Assembly (NCBI GenBank): GCA_028715785.1 | Contig: JAQURC010000008.1 | Location: 1-63,646 of the forward strand | DNA length: 63,646 nt | Origin: Candidatus Omnitrophota bacterium | GTDB taxonomy: Bacteria; Omnitrophota; Gorgyraeia; Gygaellales; Profunditerraquicolaceae | Reading direction: 5' to 3' | In this document: positions 7,316 through 14,531 of the stretch, piece by piece | Numbering within the stretch: the stretch's first letter is position 1 | Layout: each line of letters starts with the position of its first letter | Notes under the pieces: generated by a model | What the model was told of the DNA's origin: nothing | The model's database searches: none | Seen by the model: the letters and a program-made list of their open reading frames with translations, nothing else | Position numbers and translations under genes: made by a program

Positions 7316-8728
7316 ATGGAAAAAAAACCTGTTAGGGCAAAAGAGTTAGCTGCCGGTAAAAGGATAAGCGGATTCGATGAAGTAGTATCCGGATATTCGC
7401 AAGAAGAGGCTTTAGCTGAGAGCCTGCGTTGTCTCCAATGTAAAAATCCCGCCTGCATTTCGGGTTGCCCGGTAAATATCAATATTAAAGAGTTTATCTT
7501 CCAGGTTACCAAAAAAGATTATGCCGGAGCTTATTTTACTATCCGTAAAACGAATAATTTTCCTTCCATCTGCGGCCGGGTTTGCCCGGCGGAATACCAA
7601 TGCCGCAAGGCCTGCGTGTTGAATAAAAGCAAATTCGCCTATTGCGGCCCCGAGGCAATCAATATCCATTTTTTGGAGAGGTTTGTCGGCGACTATGGAA
7701 TGCGCAATAACTTGCAGGCACCGGTAGAAAAAGATGCCCAATCATCGAAGGCCAAAGTAGCGGTGGTTGGCAGCGGCCCGGCCGGGTTATGCTGCGCCGG
7801 TGAATTAGCCAGAAAGGGAATAGCCGTAGTTGTTTTTGAAAGCCTGCAGAGTTGCGGCGGAGTTTTAAGGTACGGGATCCCGAACTTCCGCCTGCCGCGG
7901 GAGATCCTTGATTATGAGATTAATTATTTAGCAAAATTAGGAGTAGAATTTAAAACTAATGTTGTCGTGGGCAAGACCGTTTCTCTGGAGGAATTATTTC
8001 AGCAGGGGTTTAGCCGGGTTTTCCTGGGGCTGGGCGCCGGAGTGCCGTCATTTTTGGGTATAAAGGGGGAGAACCTCTGTAATGTTTATTCGGCCAATGA
8101 ATTTTTGACCCGGGTGAACCTGATGTCCGCCTATAAATTTCCCGAATACCACACTCCGGTAAATATCGGCCAACATGTCCTGGTCGTCGGAGGGGGCAAT
8201 ACCGCCATGGATGCGGCGCGTTGCGCTTTGCGCCTGCAAAAGATAAACGGTATAAAACCGGACGTAAAGATTATTTACCGCCGCACATTAACCGAGATGC
8301 CAGCACGCAGGCTTGAGATTAAGCATGCCGAAGAAGAAGGGATTAAATTTAGATTCCTGGTTCAGCCTAAAGAGTTTCACGCCGATAATAGAGGCTTTGT
8401 GCGGGAATTAAATTGCCTTAGTTGTGAACTTAGGGAAGCGGATGCCTCCGGCAGGAGAAAGCCTGTTGTCTTAGAAGACAGTGATTTTAGTATCCCTTGC
8501 GATCTGGCGATCATAGCTATCGGTTTGGAGGCAAACCAGGTTTTAACCAGCGCCACTCCTGAATTAAAAACCGATAAATACAAAGATATTATGATTAATC
8601 CTGCGACCATGGAGACTTCCATTAAACATGTTTTTGCCGGCGGAGATATTGCCGGCGGAGAAGGGACGGTTATTGAGGCCATGGGCATGGCCAAGAAAGC
8701 CGCAATAAGCATCCTGCAAAATCCTTGA
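7316..8728 (+). CDS. nfnB: NfnB/SudA/GltD-like NADPH-dependent oxidoreductase (glutamate synthase small-chain family)
   Basis: Contains CLQCKNPACISGCPV and CGRVCP Fe-S motifs and the VAVVGSGPAGL dinucleotide fold. The start is set at ATG 7316 (MEKKPV). Confidence 0.85.
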   Translation: MEKKPVRAKELAAGKRISGFDEVVSGYSQEEALAESLRCLQCKNPACISGCPVNINIKEFIFQVTKKDYAGAYFTIRKTNNFPSICGRVCPAEYQCRKACVLNKSKFAYCGPEAINIHFLERFVGDYGMRNNLQAPVEKDAQSSKAKVAVVGSGPAGLCCAGELARKGIAVVVFESLQSCGGVLRYGIPNFRLPREILDYEINYLAKLGVEFKTNVVVGKTVSLEELFQQGFSRVFLGLGAGVPSFLGIKGENLCNVYSANEFLTRVNLMSAYKFPEYHTPVNIGQHVLVVGGGNTAMDAARCALRLQKINGIKPDVKIIYRRTLTEMPARRLEIKHAEEEGIKFRFLVQPKEFHADNRGFVRELNCLSCELREADASGRRKPVVLEDSDFSIPCDLAIIAIGLEANQVLTSATPELKTDKYKDIMINPATMETSIKHVFAGGDIAGGEGTVIEAMGMAKKAAISILQNP

Positions 8729-8827
8729 CAAAGAAATTTCCTGTATTATTATATAACTTAAATATTACGCCTTGGTTTTGCAGAGTAGCAAAGCCTTAAA
8801 TATTAAGTAAGATAGATTCAAATGACA

Positions 8828-8867
8828 AAGACGTCTATTAAATCTAAATAGGCGTCTTATTTTTTTA
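8828..8867 (+). terminator. intrinsic terminator-like hairpin plus T-run downstream of nfnB
   Basis: AAGACGTCTATT-loop-AATAGGCGTCTT is followed by ATTTTTTT. Confidence 0.65.
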
Positions 8868-8932
8868 AACCCAGCTGCCTTATTTTTAGGCAAAATCTGA
8901 TTAGTTTTAAGATTAAAGAAAGGGGAGTTTTG

Positions 8933-10573
8933 ATGATCCAATGGCCGAAAACAAACGATGCTTTAGGTACGGTGAACAGGGGAAATCCCTGCGAGAGCGG
9001 GCTATGCACCCTTTGCCGCGTGGACTGTATGGGTAAATGCGAGACTTGGCTTTCCAGTTTAAAGGGGAGAAAACTTTTGTATCCCAGGGACTATAGTTTT
9101 ACTACCGCAGGGAGTTCTAATACTACTCACCTGGGAGTTTCTTACAATTCTTTACGTATTAACGGTTATAATTATGGGGCATACGGCCTTCCCAAGGGGC
9201 TGACGAATTCCGAAGATGATTGTATTTTCCCCAATGTGAATATCGAGGGAGAATTCGGGCAGGCAGTTAAAACCAAATTTAGAGTCCCGATAATGACCGG
9301 GGCGCTGGGCTCGACTTTTGTCGCCGCCAAATACTGGGATTCTTTTGCTACCGGGGCCGCCCTCGTAGGCGTGCCGATCGTTGTCGGTGAAAATGTGGTC
9401 GGTATCGATAAACAGGCGGAGATTAAAAACGGAAGGATCATTAAGGCTCCTGAATTGGACAGAAGGATCGATACATTCCTGCGTTATTACGACGGCTATG
9501 GGGCGATTATCGTACAGATGAATGTCGAGGATACGCGCAACGGGGTTGCCGAATACGTAATTGAAAAATACGGCGACAAGGCGGTTATCGAATTAAAGTG
9601 GGGCCAGGGCGCAAAATGTATCGGCGGAGAGATCCAGGTCACCAGCCTTGAATACGCGCAGTTCCTTAAGAAACGGGGATATGTCGTTGATCCTGACCCT
9701 ACCATACCCGAAGTGCAGGATGCTTTTAAAGCAGGCGCGATTAAATCTATCGCCCGCCACAGCCGTTTAGGCTATACCAGCCTTTCTTCGGAGAAACAGG
9801 TAGAAGAGAGTTTTATGAAAGCGGTTAAATACCTGCGCAAGATCGGTTATAAGAGGATATCGTTGAAAACCGGTTCTTACGGAATGGAAGCTTTAGCGAT
9901 GTCGATTAAGTATGCTTCCGATGCCAAGCTGGATCTGCTTACGATCGATGGATCCGGCGGCGGCACGGGGATGAGCCCTTGGAATATGATGGAGACCTGG
10001 GGCGTTCCTTCCATATTGTTACATTCCAAAGCTTATGAATACGCGGAAATCTTGCGTAAAAAAGGCAAAAAAGTTGTGGATATGGCTTTTGCCGGCGGCC
10101 TTGCCCGCGAAGACCATATATTCAAGGCCCTGGCATTAGGGGCTCCTTATACAAAATTAGTATGTATGGGCCGGGCATTAATGATTCCTGCTTATCTGGG
10201 ATCTAATATCGAAGGGGTGTTAAATCCGTCAGTCAAAGCCAAGGTAAGCGGCAGCTGGGATAAACTTCCGGCATCAGTAGCTGAACTCGGGACAAGCGCG
10301 GAAGAGCTTTTTGCCGGTTATTATGACCTCCAGAAAAAGGTCGGCAAAAATGAGATGAAAAATGTGCCGTTGGGCGCAGTCGCTTTCTGGACGCTGGCCG
10401 ATAAACTAGCAGCCGGCCTGCAGCAGTTAATGGCCGGTGCCAGGAGATTTACGCTTAAGTCAATTACGCGGGATGATATCTTCTCGGCAAACCGCCAAAC
10501 AGAGAAGGAAACAGGAATACCTTTTATTACCGATGCGGCAGATGATAAGGCTAAGAAGATTATGAGAGGGTAA
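8933..10573 (+). CDS. FMN-binding glutamate synthase family protein (GltB FMN-domain-like)
   Basis: Has the TIDGSGGGTGMSP motif typical of glutamate synthase FMN domains, plus an N-terminal Cys cluster (CTLCRVDCMGKC). AGGGGAG lies upstream. Confidence 0.8.
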   Translation: MIQWPKTNDALGTVNRGNPCESGLCTLCRVDCMGKCETWLSSLKGRKLLYPRDYSFTTAGSSNTTHLGVSYNSLRINGYNYGAYGLPKGLTNSEDDCIFPNVNIEGEFGQAVKTKFRVPIMTGALGSTFVAAKYWDSFATGAALVGVPIVVGENVVGIDKQAEIKNGRIIKAPELDRRIDTFLRYYDGYGAIIVQMNVEDTRNGVAEYVIEKYGDKAVIELKWGQGAKCIGGEIQVTSLEYAQFLKKRGYVVDPDPTIPEVQDAFKAGAIKSIARHSRLGYTSLSSEKQVEESFMKAVKYLRKIGYKRISLKTGSYGMEALAMSIKYASDAKLDLLTIDGSGGGTGMSPWNMMETWGVPSILLHSKAYEYAEILRKKGKKVVDMAFAGGLAREDHIFKALALGAPYTKLVCMGRALMIPAYLGSNIEGVLNPSVKAKVSGSWDKLPASVAELGTSAEELFAGYYDLQKKVGKNEMKNVPLGAVAFWTLADKLAAGLQQLMAGARRFTLKSITRDDIFSANRQTEKETGIPFITDAADDKAKKIMRG

Positions 10574-10591
10574 GTTAAGAAGTAAGAGAAT

Positions 10592-10680
10592 AAGGGGGAC
10601 GGTTCTATTTTTTATCCACAGAGTAGCTGACGTTTAAACGTCAGCTACAAAGTACAGAAGAATAGAACCGTCCCCTTTTT
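10592..10680 (+). repeat. REP-1 nested palindromic element, copy 1
   Basis: The outer stem is AAGGGGGACGGTTCTATT / AATAGAACCGTCCCCTT. Its loop carries TATCCACAGAGTAGCTGACGTTTAAACGTCAGCTACAAAGTACAGAA, and a T-run follows. Confidence 0.9.
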
Positions 10681-10722
10681 ATTTAGTTGCAGGAGTAGTT
10701 TTTTGGTTGTAAAATAGTTATT

Positions 10723-12642
10723 GTGGACAATGAAAAGATACTAGAAGATTTTTTTCGCAGCCTCAAAGTCGCCCTCACCAACGCTTTTTCTTATTCCAAA
10801 GACCACCCTTACTTTATTAAATCCGTTGAGAATTTTAAGGTTAAACTTGAAGATATCCTTGTTGTTTTAAACCCGCTTAAAATCGGAGTAACCAGCACCG
10901 CTATTCTGGTTGACGGGAAAAGTTTGGCCAAAAGCGGCTTCTATGATGAATTAGCCCGCCTGTTACACCAGCGTAAAATCAAAAACGTCGAAATCAGCAG
11001 CGGTGCCAGCCTCCAGGAATTGGTCCAGTTTCTTTCCGTAATCTCCCTGCCGCAAAAAGATATTTTTAAAGGCGGCGGGATCAATGCCATCCTTAAGGAT
11101 AAACAACTTGCCCATGTTACAATCGGGGAGCTGGATTACTCTGTTTTTTTGCAGGGCCAGGGCCAGGAATGCGCCGACATCTGGGGGTTTATGCTTAAAG
11201 AGGCAACCCATAGCAATGACCCGGCAAAATTAGAGGCGCTTGCCGATAATTTCGGCCCGCTGATCAAGCGCAGCAGCGAAAAAGATATCCTTGAAACCGA
11301 AGATCTCCCTTCCGATATCAATGAGTTCCTGGTTTGTTTAAGGGGAAAGAACAAGGAAAAATTCGATAAATGCTCAAAGGATCTTTTCTTATGGCTTTTG
11401 CGCAATAAAAGATCCCTTAACGAAGAAAAAATGGCAAAGCTGGGGCCCGTCTTTGATAGTTTGAACCAGGAGGATTTTAGCGCCCTTCTCTGGGAGGGCA
11501 TTTCGCAGGAAGATAATTTTGATGATTTGAGTTTACAGCTTTTTTCCAAAATCTCCGAGCAGAAAAATCCTTCTAAGATTGCCGAAGGGTTCCTGGCCAA
11601 GGTAAATGAATCGCAGTATTTAAAAAATAATCCCAAGGCGGTAAAGAGGGTCCAGAATTTATTAACCGCAGGCCATGATGACCGGGTCTCCGCCGTATAC
11701 CGCAATACGCTGGAATCTTTAGTGAAAGGGATTTCTTCTTCCGGAGGATTATTTTTTGATCAGCGGCGGCTTCGAGAAAATTACCGTTATATAGTTTTAG
11801 GCCTGCTTTCTATTGACGGAGACCGGGATAACCTGAAATTGGCGGCGGAAATTCTAGAGAAGGAGTTGGCCGGGATATTTGAGGATAATGACCTTGATTT
11901 TTTAAAGAGTTTTTTCAGCCTGTCGAGGGAAAGAAAAAATCAGGGTTCTGACGTATACGTTGATCTTGAAAAAAAGTTTTCCGCATTTATCGAAAACATT
12001 GCGTTAAATCAACCCCTGGCCCCGGGACAGGAATTTCTTCTGGAGATGGTTTCTTCTCCCGCCCATGAAGTTAGTTATTACCTGGATAAAATATTTGCTT
12101 CTGAGAAGGCCGGTGGGCAGGTTGTGAGTTTATTCCTCAGGTTGTTCCCGGAGCAAATAGATGTTTTTTACCAGCGCCTGGAGCAGAAGCTTCAGGACAT
12201 GGAGTTTCTTGCCGGTTTAATCGGCACTTTAGGCCGGCTTGGCGGGCCTAAAGTCCTGGAGGTTTTAGAATATATTTATTCTTCAGCCAATGAATTGATC
12301 AAGATTGAGGTGCTTGCGGCCATGGCTAAATTGAGAAAGGTCGATGCTGACTTTTTGACACGCCACTTAAGCGCGGATTCCTTTTTGCTTAGAAAGAGCC
12401 TGTTTTCTGTTTTGATGTTGGATGCGCAGGCAAGGGAAAAAGCATTGGACCTGTTGTTTAATATCCCCAGCTTTTTTGGGAAAAATAACGATCTGCTTAT
12501 TGAGAATATGCAGATTATTTATGATTCGAGGTCCGTTGAGGCAGCCGGCAGGATCCGCGATTTGGCCGGCAAGAAATTTTTTTGGAATAAAAAATTGCGC
12601 GATAAGGCAAAACAGATTTTAAAGGAGTGGGATGCTCTCTAA
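10723..12642 (+). CDS. hypothetical 639-aa protein; its N-terminus is paralogous to that of the downstream HD-GYP protein and its C-terminus looks HEAT-like
   Basis: Long clean ORF with a GTG start. The first ~135 aa align by eye with the N-terminus of the next ORF. I recognise no catalytic motif. Confidence 0.7.
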   Translation: MDNEKILEDFFRSLKVALTNAFSYSKDHPYFIKSVENFKVKLEDILVVLNPLKIGVTSTAILVDGKSLAKSGFYDELARLLHQRKIKNVEISSGASLQELVQFLSVISLPQKDIFKGGGINAILKDKQLAHVTIGELDYSVFLQGQGQECADIWGFMLKEATHSNDPAKLEALADNFGPLIKRSSEKDILETEDLPSDINEFLVCLRGKNKEKFDKCSKDLFLWLLRNKRSLNEEKMAKLGPVFDSLNQEDFSALLWEGISQEDNFDDLSLQLFSKISEQKNPSKIAEGFLAKVNESQYLKNNPKAVKRVQNLLTAGHDDRVSAVYRNTLESLVKGISSSGGLFFDQRRLRENYRYIVLGLLSIDGDRDNLKLAAEILEKELAGIFEDNDLDFLKSFFSLSRERKNQGSDVYVDLEKKFSAFIENIALNQPLAPGQEFLLEMVSSPAHEVSYYLDKIFASEKAGGQVVSLFLRLFPEQIDVFYQRLEQKLQDMEFLAGLIGTLGRLGGPKVLEVLEYIYSSANELIKIEVLAAMAKLRKVDADFLTRHLSADSFLLRKSLFSVLMLDAQAREKALDLLFNIPSFFGKNNDLLIENMQIIYDSRSVEAAGRIRDLAGKKFFWNKKLRDKAKQILKEWDAL

Positions 12643-13963
12643 CGTTGAGGCGGCTTTTAAAGGCTTACTTACCTGTCTTCAGGCCTATAAGATGTACGGT
12701 CTAAGGCACCCTATGTTTACCAGGTCTCTGGATAGCGCGCATGCTTCTTTTGAGGACGTCCTGGCAGAGCGCCAGGAGATGGTTATCGGAATCGTTGGAG
12801 AGGATTTGGCTTTTGAAAAGGAGATCTTTTTTGACCTGAGTAAATTTTTGCGCCCGGCGATCTTGTATTTAAAAGAAAGAAATATCGAGAGGTTTGCTTT
12901 TTTACATGGGTTAAGTAAAGATGAGCTGGGTATATTTATCGAATTTATTGCCCGGCCTAAAGAAGATTTTAAAGGGGATATCCAGGAGATGCTCAATCTT
13001 GCCGGTATCGAGCATATTAATATAGGCAAGCTTAAGGTCGCAGACGGCAAAGATAAGGCCGGTTCCGGCCCGGATCAGCGCGGCCTTTATGATTCTTCCG
13101 CGGATAAGATTAATCAGGCTTTAAGCGGAGTGCTTAATTTTGAAAAGATCGACCATCTTACGCTTAAGCTTTCCATGAGCAATATTATGGAAAGCTTAAG
13201 CACTAAGCGCCAGGAGCTGCTTAAACTGGCTACGCTAAAAAGATATGATATGGAGACTTATATCCACATGCTTAATGTCTCTATCCTTTCCATGTATTTT
13301 TCTTCGCGCCTGGGTTTTGACAAGAGCGATGTTTTAAATATCGGCGTTGCCGCTATGTTTCATGATATCGGCAAGCTGTTCATTTCGCGAAAATTATTGC
13401 ATAAACCCGATAAGCTTACGGACCAGGAGTTTGGGCGTATCCGCAGCCACACAATTATGGGCGCAGAGATAATGCTTAAATATGTAGATACCTTAGGTAT
13501 CTTGCCTGTGGTCGTCAGCTTTGAGCATCATTTAAAGTATAATTCATCCGGTTACCCCCGGATGCCCTTATTAAGAAAACAGCATCTTGCCTCTTTGATT
13601 GTTTCTATCTGCGATGTCTATGATGCCCTTTCCCAAAGGAGGGGCTATAAACAGGATTATTCTCCCGACGTGGTTTATAATATAATGAACAAAGAGAAGG
13701 GGACTTCTTTTGATCAGGAGTTGCTGGATAAATTTTTTCGATTTATGGGCCTCTGGCCGGTTGGTTCGATCGTGGCATTAAATGACGGGAGTATTGCATT
13801 AGTCAAAGATGAAAATGAATCCGATATCCGGCGGCCAAAACTTGAGATAATCTCTCCCGTTGATAAAAAACGCAGCGTGGACCTTGCTCAGGATAACAGC
13901 CTGAGCATTGAGCATTATCTCAATCCCTGGAAGGAAGGCAAGGAGTATCTGCGTTTAGTTTGA
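12632..13963 (+). CDS. HD-GYP domain protein (probable c-di-GMP phosphodiesterase)
   Basis: Contains HDIGK and HHLKYNSSGYPR motifs. It overlaps the upstream ORF by 11 nt. Confidence 0.85.
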   Translation: MLSNVEAAFKGLLTCLQAYKMYGLRHPMFTRSLDSAHASFEDVLAERQEMVIGIVGEDLAFEKEIFFDLSKFLRPAILYLKERNIERFAFLHGLSKDELGIFIEFIARPKEDFKGDIQEMLNLAGIEHINIGKLKVADGKDKAGSGPDQRGLYDSSADKINQALSGVLNFEKIDHLTLKLSMSNIMESLSTKRQELLKLATLKRYDMETYIHMLNVSILSMYFSSRLGFDKSDVLNIGVAAMFHDIGKLFISRKLLHKPDKLTDQEFGRIRSHTIMGAEIMLKYVDTLGILPVVVSFEHHLKYNSSGYPRMPLLRKQHLASLIVSICDVYDALSQRRGYKQDYSPDVVYNIMNKEKGTSFDQELLDKFFRFMGLWPVGSIVALNDGSIALVKDENESDIRRPKLEIISPVDKKRSVDLAQDNSLSIEHYLNPWKEGKEYLRLV

Positions 13964-13983
13964 TTTCCGTCTTTTGCTTCCGG

Positions 13984-14158
13984 CACAGTTGCGGGTCCTG
14001 CCGAACCTTGTCTCTCACCGCACCGCTTGCTCGCCCCAGCGTGGCGAGCTGCGCTTCGGCAAAAATTCTCGCTCTGCCAAGACATTTAGTGCGGGCAACC
14101 CTGCCCGCTCGAATTTTTGAGATGCTGTTCGAGTCCAAGGTTCGTCACCCGCTAATGG
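13984..14158 (+). repeat. family B structured repeat (~170 nt), copy 1
   Basis: It aligns by eye with the reverse complement of 62116-62285. Shared blocks include CTCGCTCTGCC, CATTTA, GGGCA..CTGCCCGCTCG and CCGCTA. Confidence 0.8.
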
Positions 14159-14167
14159 TTTAATAAA

Positions 14168-14382
14168 ATGCCTCTGGTGGTTTTCGCAGCGAATGTCGAT
14201 TTTAGCCAATGGAGCTTGAGTATTCCGGGTATCCCGGTGGAGCGAAGCGACAACACCGGGATGGCGAGGATGTTTGACTGGTATTTGCCATAGAGCAAAT
14301 ACCAGGAGTTCCGCAGCCACCGGAATACGAAAGACCATTGGCGTTAAAAAATCGACCTGAGCGAGAAAACTAACAGAGGCAT
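14168..14382 (-). repeat. family A structured repeat (~215 nt, long branched hairpin), copy 1
   Basis: Terminal arms ATGCCTCTG and CAGAGGCAT pair. The interior aligns with the reverse complement of 50485-50704 and carries compensatory stem changes. Confidence 0.9.
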
Positions 14383-14384
14383 AT

Positions 14385-14419
14385 GCAGCGCACGGCGAAA
14401 AATTTTAGCGCAGGTTGTC
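14385..14419 (+). repeat. half copy of the 30686-30852 long hairpin element
   Basis: GCAGCGCACGGCGAAAAATTTTAGCGCAGGTTGTC resembles the right arm GCACACATTTGCCGAAAAATTTC...CCGCAGGTTATC. Confidence 0.6.
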
Positions 14420-14439
14420 AGATGAGTTTTAAAAATAGT

Positions 14440-14468
14440 TTGACATTCTTAGACGTTTTTGTTATAGT
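14440..14468 (+). promoter_or_regulatory. sigma70-like promoter upstream of pyrG
   Basis: TTGACA, a 17-nt spacer, then TATAGT. Confidence 0.6.
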
Positions 14469-14478
14469 TAATAAAACA

Positions 14479-14518
14479 AAGGCGTTTAGGGGCCGAAATA
14501 GTCGGCACTAAACGCCTT
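14479..14518 (+). promoter_or_regulatory. pyrG 5' leader hairpin
   Basis: AAGGCGTTTAG / CTAAACGCCTT form an 11-bp perfect stem enclosing GCCGA/TCGGC. The hairpin ends 13 nt before the ATG. Confidence 0.6.
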
Positions 14519-14531
14519 CTTCACGTAAATT

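Noticed and set aside
10592-10680. The dispersed GGGGACGGTTCT / GTAG...CTAC palindromes as CRISPR repeats.
   Set aside because: The copies are single and tens of kb apart, with no regularly spaced array, no spacers and no cas genes in the window.
13960-14163. 67-aa ORF inside family B. The other family B copy (62071-62265, minus strand) also has an ORF in the equivalent orientation, with similar residues (LALP.HL...PAR...E.K..HPL).
   Set aside because: Both start only at TTG and have no SD. The shared frame holds only in the 3' half. Upstream, an indel shifts the frame between copies, and the differences there are paired stem changes (TTTGCC/GGCAAA versus CTCGCC/GGCGAG). Only about 4 of 11 point differences in the shared part are synonymous. 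This is more consistent with a structured element than with a small protein.
14015-14338. 107-aa minus-strand ORF spanning families B and A.
   Set aside because: It lies entirely within repeat elements, has no SD, and the corresponding region of the other family A copy is not open.
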